A stretch of 64,000 bases of DNA from Candidatus Woesebacteria bacterium UBA5941 (GTDB lineage: Bacteria > Patescibacteriota > Microgenomatia > UBA8517). The stretch is taken from assembly GCA_002430735.1 (NCBI GenBank), contig DJCV01000012.1, positions 1,390-65,389 on the forward strand, read 5' to 3'. The translations under genes and the position numbers were made by a program. Below are positions 49,408 through 58,717 of this stretch, one piece after another (the stretch's first letter is position 1; every line of letters begins with the position of its first letter). The notes beneath the pieces are model-generated. The model saw only the letters and a list, made by a program, of their open reading frames with translations, had not been told where the DNA came from and ran no database searches.

Positions 49408-50907
49408 ATGAATAAAACCCTCGATGAGCTTCTCGAAAACGTTCTCGTAACAAATTCCATACATTATAAGAATCACACAATTACTGGTGTGACTGCGAAT
49501 TCTAAACATGCAAAACCAGGAGATCTATTTGTCGCAGTAGTTGGCTTAACAAATGATGCTCATCAATATATTCCACAGGTCATTAATCAAGGCGTTACCG
49601 TGGTCGTTGGACAGCACGAACTATCAAATCTCCCATTTTCTATCCCAGAAAGTGTTACCTACATTACAGTCCCTGATTCCCGTAAAGCACTCGGACTTAT
49701 TGTTGCAAATTATTATGACAATCCCTCCGATTCACTCACTGTTATAGGCGTAACGGGAACTGATGGAAAGACCACAACATGTCACATGATTTATGCAGTA
49801 TTAAGAAAGACATATTCAGTGGGAATGATCACAACATTGGGTGCGTATATTAATGGCGTCTTAATCGATACTGGTCTCCATGTAACAAGTCCAGACGCAC
49901 CTGTTGTACAAGCCCTTCTTCATAAAATGAAAGAGGGTGGAGTTACTCACGTCGTTCTTGAAGTTACATCACACGGGTTACACCAAGATCGTTTTAGCGG
50001 CGTGAAGTTTGATGTGGGAGTGCTGACGAATATTACGCATGAACACCTCGACTACCATAAGACATTCGACAATTATTTACAGGCTAAGATGATTCTTCTT
50101 AGAAATGCCAAGCATGTGGTATTAAATGCAGATGATCCTTCATTTAAGAACGTTCGATCCGAGATAAAAAACAAATCGATGACTACTTATGCAATAAAAG
50201 CGCAGGCAGATTTTGTGGCATTTAACATTTCATTTGATACTGGAATTTCATTTTCAGTTAAGAACAACGCAGTGACGTATACCGTTTCTTCCAAAGCTGT
50301 GGGCCAATTTAATGTCTTTAATGCACTTGCCGCAATTGCAGTTGCGCGAACCTTTTCGGTTCCGTGGAAGAATATCGTGTCTTCTCTAAAGTCATTTAAA
50401 TCTCCAAAAGGACGCGTGGAAGAAATAAAAAATGAGAAAGGGCTACGGATCTTTGTGGACTTCGCACACACCCCAAATGGATTGCAACATATTTTGCAAG
50501 CACTCCGAGTTAAAACTCCCAAGGAACATAAGTTGATCGTTGTGTTTGGTTCAGCAGGAGAGCGGGATCGTGAAAAACGACTGCTCATGGGAGAAGTCGC
50601 AGGAACGTATGCTGATTTGTCTGTGATTACCACTGAAGATCCCCGAAGCGAGAGTATTCATGAAATCGCACAATCAATTCAAAAAGGTATTGAAAAAGTA
50701 AACGGGAAATATGTTGTTCAATTAGATCGCGGTCAAGCGATTTATGATTCGATACATAAACATGCAGATCGTGGAGATACCATCGTTATCTGTGGAAAAG
50801 GACATGAAAAATCGATGGCATTTGGTAAAACGGAAATCCCATGGTCCGACCAGAGAGCTATTAAGTCAGCACTCAAGATGAAGGCGTTGCATACCCCAGT
50901 TAACTAA
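49408..50907 (+). CDS. murE: UDP-MurNAc-dipeptide--diamino acid ligase
   Basis: GVTGTDGKTTT, LEVTSH, NITHEHLDYH, VDFAHTP, EDPR, GKGHE; start at 49408 (ATG) or 49399 (TTG). Confidence 0.92.
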   Translation: MNKTLDELLENVLVTNSIHYKNHTITGVTANSKHAKPGDLFVAVVGLTNDAHQYIPQVINQGVTVVVGQHELSNLPFSIPESVTYITVPDSRKALGLIVANYYDNPSDSLTVIGVTGTDGKTTTCHMIYAVLRKTYSVGMITTLGAYINGVLIDTGLHVTSPDAPVVQALLHKMKEGGVTHVVLEVTSHGLHQDRFSGVKFDVGVLTNITHEHLDYHKTFDNYLQAKMILLRNAKHVVLNADDPSFKNVRSEIKNKSMTTYAIKAQADFVAFNISFDTGISFSVKNNAVTYTVSSKAVGQFNVFNALAAIAVARTFSVPWKNIVSSLKSFKSPKGRVEEIKNEKGLRIFVDFAHTPNGLQHILQALRVKTPKEHKLIVVFGSAGERDREKRLLMGEVAGTYADLSVITTEDPRSESIHEIAQSIQKGIEKVNGKYVVQLDRGQAIYDSIHKHADRGDTIVICGKGHEKSMAFGKTEIPWSDQRAIKSALKMKALHTPVN

Positions 50908-50908
50908 T

Positions 50909-52240
50909 TTATTTCTTTTTCGGTGAAACCGATTTTAAATACTCTTTCTGATGTTTCTCCATCTCAGTCTTTTTCATTTGGAGTAACAATTGTTCATTTC
51001 GCATTGATGATTCTTGAAACTCAATATCTTTTTGTAATACATCTTCGTTTACTTTGAGTGCCATTTCATTAAAGCCGGTAAGCTTCATACCAGATAATGA
51101 TCGCACTCGTGAAAGGGCAACATATCCCATGCCTGGAACGAATGAACGGGAAAGGTCAATCTCAGCGGCATCTAGACTCATCCCTTGGCTTTTGTGAATA
51201 GTGATTGCCCATGCCAAGCGAAGGGGAACTTGAGTGATCTGCGCCTTCGTCATGTTATCATCTTGGATCATCCAGACTTCAGGTGTTGCAACTATTTGCT
51301 CTCCGCTTTTTGTCGTAACAATTGGATAATTTGTTTTCGGTTCAAAACCAGTAACGATTCCCACCGTGCCGTTAACATATCCTTTGTCATAATTGTTTTT
51401 TACAAACATAACAATGGCACCTTTTTTTATGATGAGTTCACTCGGAGCGAGACAGCTTTTTTTCAATAGTTCACAGAGTTCTGGGATACCCTTACTCTCG
51501 GTTTTATAGATATGTGCTTTCTCATCCATTGTTTCAAGCGCCTTTAAATTAATCGAATCAACATCGATGTTATGTGTATACAACCGAGTTGGTTCACTAA
51601 ACCCGTCTATCTCTTGCCGATATCTACTTTGGAGTGCCTCTAATGTATCTTCACTGGTTGATCCACTGCGGATATCATTTAGTACTTTTAGAATCCCATC
51701 ATCCTCTTGCCGATGTTGTTCTGATAGATAACAGATCTTTAGATCCATCTCATTCCAAACATTGGATTCGTATGCAAACCGTCCATCTTCTGAAGAACTT
51801 CTGGTAACCGGTGGGAGTTGAAAAAAGTCGCCACACATAACAAGCTGAAGCCCGCCAAACGGCACATCTTTATACATAAACGCCCGACAGACCTGATCAA
51901 CCATGTCTAGACGGTATGCATGAAGCATTGAAATTTCGTCGATAATTAACACCTTTGTTCCTTGGAATTTTGTTTGCAGATGATGTTTGTCTAACATGTT
52001 GTCGATATCTCGATCTGTTAACGCATCTTTAATTCCCAGGCCACTCCAGCTATGAATAGTCATCCCGTTTAAATGTGTCGCAGCGATTCCTGTTGAAGCG
52101 GTAACCCCAACATGGACGTTACTCCATTTCAGGTAACTAATGTATTGGTTCAATACATATGTTTTTCCAGCACCAGCTGCACCAGTGAGATACACGTTAT
52201 GACCCAATTTCAAAATATCGAGAGCGTCGGATTGAGTCAT
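50909..52240 (-). CDS. PIF1-like SF1B DNA helicase
   Basis: TGAAGAGKT, ASTGIAA, IIDEISM, GDFFQLPPV, AWAITIHKSQG, YVALSR. Confidence 0.9.
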   Translation of the reverse strand: MTQSDALDILKLGHNVYLTGAAGAGKTYVLNQYISYLKWSNVHVGVTASTGIAATHLNGMTIHSWSGLGIKDALTDRDIDNMLDKHHLQTKFQGTKVLIIDEISMLHAYRLDMVDQVCRAFMYKDVPFGGLQLVMCGDFFQLPPVTRSSSEDGRFAYESNVWNEMDLKICYLSEQHRQEDDGILKVLNDIRSGSTSEDTLEALQSRYRQEIDGFSEPTRLYTHNIDVDSINLKALETMDEKAHIYKTESKGIPELCELLKKSCLAPSELIIKKGAIVMFVKNNYDKGYVNGTVGIVTGFEPKTNYPIVTTKSGEQIVATPEVWMIQDDNMTKAQITQVPLRLAWAITIHKSQGMSLDAAEIDLSRSFVPGMGYVALSRVRSLSGMKLTGFNEMALKVNEDVLQKDIEFQESSMRNEQLLLQMKKTEMEKHQKEYLKSVSPKKK

Positions 52241-52283
52241 GAGGAGTTTCATTCTAACAGGTAATCGGAATTTCTGGACAGAG

Positions 52284-52314
52284 AAAACCCCCGCAGTTGT
52301 TACCGCAGGGGTTT
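52284..52314 (-). terminator. intrinsic terminator after the orphan gene
   Basis: Minus strand AAACCCCTGCGGT-AACA-ACTGCGGGGGTTT then TCTCT; G-U pairs fix the strand. Confidence 0.75.
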
Positions 52315-52323
52315 AGTGACTAT

Positions 52324-52998
52324 TTAGAGAGAAAGCTCCATATTAGTCATTGAAAGTTCGTGAACCTCGTACTCTTCAAAGTTCACTTCATCAAATGCTT
52401 TTTTGACCTCCGCACGTGGGTCAAAGTAGAAATATTGATGGCTTATACGCCAACCGTAAAAGTAATACCCATGTTCAATATGTATTACGATCCGGTTTCC
52501 ATCATCAAATTCTACATTTAAACTTATAAGCGGGTCTTTCTGATCCACGCTTTCGTTCATTGCATGTTCGATTGCTACCTGCCGGGATTCAAATTGTTTC
52601 ACATCGTTTGAGTTAAAACCGTTCCAGTTCCAGGGTGACAGCATGACGTTCATTGTTGCATTCGGATCAGACATGATTTTTCTCACTTTTTTGTCTATGG
52701 CTCGATCCTTTAATATTTGGATTCGAACCGTTAAATGAATATTGCCGTACGCCATAACGAGCTTTGAATGGTCGTTGCCCCAATCCTGTTTCTCAGGGTC
52801 GGAACTTTGCCATGAAACCTGAACTTCATTCAGGTGATTCAAGACAACTAGCTCTACAGCGTCTGCAAATGGTTTTAATGCAAGGGTTGTATCGATCTCT
52901 TGACCGTAACCCGAGCTTGCAACCAGCTTCGCAGCTTGTTGATAATTCCATGCTATTTGCATGAGGGTACCAACACCCTGTTTTGCTTTGTTAGCCAT
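52324..52998 (-). CDS. hypothetical protein (224 aa)
   Basis: ORF with AAAGGAG SD 6 nt upstream, own promoter and terminator; no family recognised. Confidence 0.75.
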   Translation of the reverse strand: MANKAKQGVGTLMQIAWNYQQAAKLVASSGYGQEIDTTLALKPFADAVELVVLNHLNEVQVSWQSSDPEKQDWGNDHSKLVMAYGNIHLTVRIQILKDRAIDKKVRKIMSDPNATMNVMLSPWNWNGFNSNDVKQFESRQVAIEHAMNESVDQKDPLISLNVEFDDGNRIVIHIEHGYYFYGWRISHQYFYFDPRAEVKKAFDEVNFEEYEVHELSMTNMELSL

Positions 52999-53261
52999 TA
53001 TTAGCTCCTTTGGATACTATTGGCGTAACATAAACGAATCGTGCAAGCTGAGCTCAACACGAGTCACTTAATAGCGACAGTCTAGCTATTTTAAGTAAAC
53101 AACCAGAAGGTCGCTATTAAGATTAAGTGAGAATGTGCTGTCTGTGTAAACGTGCGAATCTTTCTAAGCGTAGGTACGAGAGCATTGTTTGTGCGCTTGT
53201 ATCTAGGCTCAAAATTCACTTAATTACGGGAGATTTTCCGAGGTATTAGTTCTTTACTAAT
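52999..53261 (-). ncRNA. candidate structured 5' leader / cis-regulatory RNA
   Basis: Consecutive hairpins between promoter and SD, including a perfect 12-bp stem (53067-53078/53110-53121) and G-U-containing stems on the minus strand. Confidence 0.55.
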
Positions 53262-53267
53262 ATGAAT

Positions 53268-53296
53268 ACTATAGCATTAAAAAGACACTTTGTCAA
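53268..53296 (-). promoter_or_regulatory. sigma70-type promoter
   Basis: TTGACA-17 nt-TATAGT with extended -10 TG. Confidence 0.8.
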
Positions 53297-53319
53297 TACT
53301 ATAAGACTATCAATTGGAG

Positions 53320-54675
53320 CTAAAACGAGGCTACAATTTGATTAAATTGCTCGCCACGGTCGTACTCGTTTTTAAATAGTCCGAATGAGGCAAATGCTGG
53401 ACTGAGTAAAATGACATCGCCGGACTGAGTGTTTTTAAATGCAGTTTGAACAGCATTTTTGAGTGACTCTTCAAAAAAAACAGGGAGCGTGAGAGTCAGT
53501 ATCTGTTCCCGAATTTTGTCGGTACCAGACCCGGGGAGCATGACGACTGCTTTGCAGTAAGATGGAATTGCTTGGATGAGCGCTCCCATTTCTATCTCCT
53601 TATCGGCCCCTCCCATGATTAATACGACGTTATTGTTTCTAGAGACTGCTTTTAATCCTACGATTGTCGCGTCAGGCATTGTTGCAGTTGTGTCGTTATA
53701 AATCTTCACACCATTGACCTGTTTAATTAATTGAAGTCTTCCTTCAACGCCGGTAAAGGATTGCAGTACTTCTCGTATCGTTATGTCTGATATTTTCATT
53801 GCGCGACATGCTGCAATTGCGAGTGCTGCGTTATATTTATTATGTTCCCCGGGAATTGACAGTGACCATCCACTTGGAAAATCTGAGACATCACGGATTT
53901 CATGAGGCGCATTAAACGAATATTTTTTCGTGATGAATGGCGCAGCTTGAGCACCCATGATGACAAAATCATTTCTCGTTTGGTATTTAAAAATGTTTGC
54001 CTTGTCGTCTAAGTACTTAGCCATATCACCTTTGTAATAATTCATATGATCCGCGAGGAATGTAGTGAAAACGGCAATATGTGGTGATATTTGATCGGCA
54101 CCAAACCCTTGCAATTGCCACGAGTCCAGTTCTAAAACAGCAATGTCTTCACCTTCAACTTCATCAAGGAAGGGAAGAGTTGCTACACCCTTTACATTTC
54201 CCCCCAAAAAAACATGCCGTGCTTCGATCTCTTTCTTTTTCTGCGCTGCTTTAAGGATTTGATAGATCATGTGGGTAACAGTGGACTTCCCACGGGTTCC
54301 GGTTACGCCGATAATTCGCACGTCTCTTTTTTGGCTTAGTCGAGCAAAAAGAGCAGAACTCATTTCAACAGGAATGCCATTCTTTTTTGCTTCAGCAATA
54401 TAAATGTTATCGAGTGGGACTCCCGCTGCCTTGAGAACGAGATCTCGATCCTTGAAGTCTTCAAGTCTATGTTCACCTAGTACATAGGTTATATTTGTAA
54501 ATCCTTTTAATTGATCCAAGCTTGTTTGCAAGTCTTCAGCCTTTTTTAAATCAGTGACAATAATCTCTGCTCCGGACTCAGCTAAGTATTTAACATCGCC
54601 CACACCACGTCCTAAAACCCCGAGACCCATTACAGTAATTTTCATTTCACTGAAGTACTTGGAAAAACTTTTCAC
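53320..54675 (-). CDS. murD: UDP-MurNAc-L-Ala--D-glutamate ligase
   Basis: GLGVLGRG, GVTGTRGKST, LELDSWQL, DHMNYY, NDTTAT, LSPAFASF. Confidence 0.95.
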   Translation of the reverse strand: MKSFSKYFSEMKITVMGLGVLGRGVGDVKYLAESGAEIIVTDLKKAEDLQTSLDQLKGFTNITYVLGEHRLEDFKDRDLVLKAAGVPLDNIYIAEAKKNGIPVEMSSALFARLSQKRDVRIIGVTGTRGKSTVTHMIYQILKAAQKKKEIEARHVFLGGNVKGVATLPFLDEVEGEDIAVLELDSWQLQGFGADQISPHIAVFTTFLADHMNYYKGDMAKYLDDKANIFKYQTRNDFVIMGAQAAPFITKKYSFNAPHEIRDVSDFPSGWSLSIPGEHNKYNAALAIAACRAMKISDITIREVLQSFTGVEGRLQLIKQVNGVKIYNDTTATMPDATIVGLKAVSRNNNVVLIMGGADKEIEMGALIQAIPSYCKAVVMLPGSGTDKIREQILTLTLPVFFEESLKNAVQTAFKNTQSGDVILLSPAFASFGLFKNEYDRGEQFNQIVASF

Positions 54676-54793
54676 ATATCATTGTAACCTGAAACGTGCC
54701 AAAAGCTAAATATTTGGTCGCGCTTGAGCTGAGGAGATTGGAAAGAGACTAGTATGCGCTTGTGAAAAGATGGTACACTAAAGACTACATTTT

Positions 54794-55846
54794 ATGGGTA
54801 ACCAAAGCGTCCTCACCTTGGCACTCGGTTTAATTATCTTCTCCTTTTTAATTACTTCTATCCTTGTGGTGCCTTTTATTGACTTCCTTTTTAAGATGAA
54901 ATTGACGCGTCAGGTGCAGGGAGGGAAAAACAGTAAATCTCTTTTTGATAAATTGCATGACAAAAAAGCAGGCACTCCAATTGGAGGCGGCATTTTAGTA
55001 ATTGCAGTTGTTACCATTCTTTTTTTAATTCTCATGCCTTTCATGAATTATGTGGGGATTGCGATCCAGTCCTCCTTTGATTTTAATCAAGAGCGATTTA
55101 TTATCCTTTTTACTTTTATATCCTTTGGATTACTGGGATTACTCGATGATTACGTCAAAATCTTTGGCAAACCACGGCCGGGAAAACTGGGTTCTGTATT
55201 TGGGCTTACAAAAATGCAAAAGTTTTCACTCCAATGGGCTCTTGGTCTTTTTGTTGCGTTTTATCTCTATAATTTTTTAGGTATTCAGATCCTTCATATC
55301 CCACTGTTTAACGTAACAATTCATTTAGGGCTTCTGTATGTCCCGTTTGCAGCTTTTGTTATCGTCTTTTTCACCAATGCCTTTAATATCACAGACGGTT
55401 TAGATGGACTCGCTTCAGGGTTACTCATGATTTATTTGTTCGCGTATGTGATTATTGCTGCAGGAAACCTGGACACACCACTGTTTATGTTTATTTCAGT
55501 GTGGCTCGGTTCGCTCATTGCCTTTTTGTACTTTAATACCTGGCCAGCACGTATCTGGATGGGGGATGCGGGTGCATTAAGTTTTGGTGCCATGATTGCA
55601 GTAATGGGGCTTATTACCGGAAATGTTGCAACTACATTTGTAATCGGAGCTATTTTTGTTATGGAAGCACTTTCTTCTCTGCTTCAAATGTTTGGATATA
55701 AAGTATTGAAGAGAAAAATCCTCCCTCTTGCGCCGCTGCATCACGCCTTTGAACTGGGAGGATGGGAAGAACCGAAAATTGTCATTCGTGCATGGCTTGC
55801 TGGAATAATGCTTGCCATTCTCGGACTATGGCTTGCTACAATCTAA
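54794..55846 (+). CDS. mraY: phospho-N-acetylmuramoyl-pentapeptide transferase
   Basis: KAGTPIGGG, LDDY, NAFNITDGLDGL, MGDAG, APLHHAFE. Confidence 0.95.
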   Translation: MGNQSVLTLALGLIIFSFLITSILVVPFIDFLFKMKLTRQVQGGKNSKSLFDKLHDKKAGTPIGGGILVIAVVTILFLILMPFMNYVGIAIQSSFDFNQERFIILFTFISFGLLGLLDDYVKIFGKPRPGKLGSVFGLTKMQKFSLQWALGLFVAFYLYNFLGIQILHIPLFNVTIHLGLLYVPFAAFVIVFFTNAFNITDGLDGLASGLLMIYLFAYVIIAAGNLDTPLFMFISVWLGSLIAFLYFNTWPARIWMGDAGALSFGAMIAVMGLITGNVATTFVIGAIFVMEALSSLLQMFGYKVLKRKILPLAPLHHAFELGGWEEPKIVIRAWLAGIMLAILGLWLATI

Positions 55847-55847
55847 C

Positions 55848-57005
55848 GTGTACAAAACATCTTCAAGTGGAGACCGAGTTTTTTTTGGCTTAACAATATT
55901 ACTCACAATTCTGGGACTCTTAAGTGTTGCCAATACTTCAGCTCCTCTCGCGGTTACTGTATTTAATGACCCGCTTTTCTTTGTAAAGCAACAAGTCGTA
56001 TGGGCAATTCTTGGTTTTATTGCGTTGATTGCTGCATACATGACGCCATATACCTTGTGGAAAAAGTTTGCCCCGCACATCTTTGTTGGTACGGTGATTC
56101 TGCTAATACTCGTTCTTATTCCAGGATTTGGTTCAAAGCTCTTGGGTGCACGACGTTGGCTCTCAATTGGCCCGGCATCGTTTCAACCCTCAGAATTCAT
56201 TAAACTCGCACTCGCACTCTTCTTTGCATGGCTCTCTGAGCGAAATGCTCCGATTAAATATTATGCATGGACCTTAGCAGTTGTGTCTGGCCTTGTGATG
56301 TTACAACCAGACTTGGGAACGACGATTACGATTGTTACGATGGGTTTTATTCAAATGTTTATAACCGGCTTCCCACTGCTCACACTAGGGATTTTTGGCG
56401 GAGCAGGCGCAATTTCAGCATTGGTGTTAATTTTAACTTCCGGATATAGACGAGCACGCCTTATCTCGTTCTTCTCGCATGAAACTGATCCAAATGGGAC
56501 GAGCTATCACGTTCGCCAAATTGTGCTTGCATTAGGTTCAGGTGGCTTATTTGGAGTGGGTTTGGGGCAATCTAAACAAAAGCAACTTTTTTTGCCTGAG
56601 ACCGCGACTGACTCAGTCTTTGCAGTTATAGCTGAAGAGCTCGGCTTTATTGGGGCATTAGCATTAATTCTACTTCTAAGCTATTTCTGCTTGCGGGCGC
56701 TTAAAATATCGAAAAACGCGCCTGATAAATTCTCTCAAATTTTAAGTGCTGGTATTGCAGTGTGGTTAGGTGGGCAGATGTTTTTAAATATTGCATCCAT
56801 GGTGTCACTAACGCCACTCACGGGAATACCTCTCCCATTTTTTAGTTATGGGGGAAGCTCCCTTACCATGATTCTGCTTTCGGTTGGTATACTATTACAG
56901 ATTTCACGACATGGAGCATATCAAGAACCCAGTTCACATCTTGCTGACCGGAGGGCACGCCGCCACCACAGCCCTCGCTACCATCCAAGCATTAAAAAAA
57001 GATAA
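55848..57005 (+). CDS. ftsW: SEDS peptidoglycan polymerase FtsW
   Basis: GARRWL, FQPSEFIK, QPDLGT, LPETATD, TGIPLPFFSYGGSS; start uncertain (GTG 55848 or upstream TTG). Confidence 0.92.
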   Translation: MYKTSSSGDRVFFGLTILLTILGLLSVANTSAPLAVTVFNDPLFFVKQQVVWAILGFIALIAAYMTPYTLWKKFAPHIFVGTVILLILVLIPGFGSKLLGARRWLSIGPASFQPSEFIKLALALFFAWLSERNAPIKYYAWTLAVVSGLVMLQPDLGTTITIVTMGFIQMFITGFPLLTLGIFGGAGAISALVLILTSGYRRARLISFFSHETDPNGTSYHVRQIVLALGSGGLFGVGLGQSKQKQLFLPETATDSVFAVIAEELGFIGALALILLLSYFCLRALKISKNAPDKFSQILSAGIAVWLGGQMFLNIASMVSLTPLTGIPLPFFSYGGSSLTMILLSVGILLQISRHGAYQEPSSHLADRRARRHHSPRYHPSIKKR

Positions 57006-58026
57006 AGATCATAACTGGTCAATTAGTTGGGTTGGTCCTAAAAAGGCCGTAGAAAGTAGTGGTATCGCGCCTTTTGAATTAAAACTGTTTCCTACACTCA
57101 ATGTATCTGTCTACTCAATTATCTCAGGAAAATTGCAGAGTAAATTCACAAGACACACAATCCCTGCACTCTTTAAGATACCCATTAGCTTTGTGCAGGC
57201 ATTCTATTACATATTGAAAATCCGTCCACAGATCGTTGTTTCCTTTGGAGGATCTGTGGCTCTTCCCATTGTGATTGTCTCATGGCTTTTAAGGATTCCT
57301 GTTATTGTTCATGAACAAACGGTTGCGGCAGGGCTTTCAAACACGGTTGCGAGTTACTTTGCTCGAAAAGTGACGCTTGCGCGCGCTGATAGTCTGTCTT
57401 ACTTTAACCCACAGAAAACAATTGTTGTGGGAAATCCTCTTATCGACGAAGTGTTAACCGTTAAGAGGCAGAATGTGCTTAAAAAGCCGACTGTGTATGT
57501 AACAGGCGGATCTCGCGGTGCACAGCGAGTGAATACGGTTATCTTTGCTGCATTACCTGAGCTTTTGAAGCATTTTCGAGTCATTCACCAAACCGGGGTA
57601 TTTGATTTTGAAAAAGCAAAATCGCTTAAATCACTGTTGTCTCTCGAAGAGCAAGAACGCTATGAAATCCATTCATTTATTAATCCGTTAGAAATCGGAA
57701 CTATTTTTCAGAAGACGACTATATTAATAGGACGCGCAGGGGCAAATACCGTAGGCGAGACAATCGCTTTGGCAATACCGAGCATTTTTATTCCAATCCC
57801 GTGGAGTAGACATGATGAGCAAACCAAAAATGCGCGCTTTGCAGAAAAGTTGGGAATTGCAACGGTTCTTCCTGAGTCGCAATTGTCGGTCGAATCATTG
57901 GTAAAGGCAGTCAGTGAGACAATGAAGAAGTGGAATGTGATGACTGCACATGGAAAACAGTCGGCACATATTGATCGAGATGCGAGTAAACTGCTCGTTT
58001 CTGTAATCGTTCAAGAACTCTCATGA
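56911..58026 (+). CDS. murG: undecaprenyldiphospho-muramoylpentapeptide GlcNAc transferase
   Basis: TGGH, SFGG, HEQT, GNP, TGGSRGA, RAGANT, EQTKNA. Confidence 0.93.
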   Translation: MEHIKNPVHILLTGGHAATTALATIQALKKDKDHNWSISWVGPKKAVESSGIAPFELKLFPTLNVSVYSIISGKLQSKFTRHTIPALFKIPISFVQAFYYILKIRPQIVVSFGGSVALPIVIVSWLLRIPVIVHEQTVAAGLSNTVASYFARKVTLARADSLSYFNPQKTIVVGNPLIDEVLTVKRQNVLKKPTVYVTGGSRGAQRVNTVIFAALPELLKHFRVIHQTGVFDFEKAKSLKSLLSLEEQERYEIHSFINPLEIGTIFQKTTILIGRAGANTVGETIALAIPSIFIPIPWSRHDEQTKNARFAEKLGIATVLPESQLSVESLVKAVSETMKKWNVMTAHGKQSAHIDRDASKLLVSVIVQELS

Positions 58027-58700
58027 AGCGGAAGAAAATATTTGTAGCGATTGGAATTCTTGGGACAATACTTCTTATTGGATCTCTCTTTTTACTCAAA
58101 GTGAGAAGCGTGAGCTGCAGCACAACAACAAACGTTCCATGTCCTTCTGTCATTGAAACTGATTTACTTCGATTAGAAGGAATGCCACTATTACGATATG
58201 CTCCATCACTAAAGCAGATAGTCACACGCTCCGAAGTAAAAAAGTATACAACGCGCATTAGTCCACTGGGATCGCTTGCAGTAACGCTCACCCTCAGAGA
58301 TCCCGTTATTGCATTTAAAGCAAGTGGAGCAGAAGTTTCGACACTGTACACTGAGGATGGTACTGTTGTTGGCGAGTCGACGGCAACGGACCTCCCCACT
58401 ATTGCGATTGTTGAGCAAGTCGAAAAGGAAAATATTCCGTTTTTGGCACAATTTGGATATGAACTTTCGAGAACGTTTTCAGTGAATACCTTTATAGTGA
58501 CCGGTACTGCCCTTGAAGTGAATCTTTCTGATGGGCGAAAGTTGTTTTATCCCCTCTCAGGGGATATCGATGTTCTGCTTGGCGCATCACTCTTAACGTT
58601 TTCACAGTTGAACCGCGACGAAGGAAAACTTATGATAAATGGTGAACCGACAGCGGTGAAGGAAATCGACTTCCGATTTAAAAATCCGGTTTTGCGATAG
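58023..58700 (+). CDS. FtsQ/DivIB-like protein
   Basis: N-terminal TM, C-terminal EIDFRFKNPVLR; located between murG and ftsA. Confidence 0.7.
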   Translation: MKRKKIFVAIGILGTILLIGSLFLLKVRSVSCSTTTNVPCPSVIETDLLRLEGMPLLRYAPSLKQIVTRSEVKKYTTRISPLGSLAVTLTLRDPVIAFKASGAEVSTLYTEDGTVVGESTATDLPTIAIVEQVEKENIPFLAQFGYELSRTFSVNTFIVTGTALEVNLSDGRKLFYPLSGDIDVLLGASLLTFSQLNRDEGKLMINGEPTAVKEIDFRFKNPVLR

Positions 58701-58717
58701 TGTGATACATTAAACTC

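Noticed and set aside
52999-53261. Retron msr-msd or CRISPR/type III antitoxin repeat array
   Set aside because: No reverse transcriptase or cas gene nearby, and no tandem repeat units
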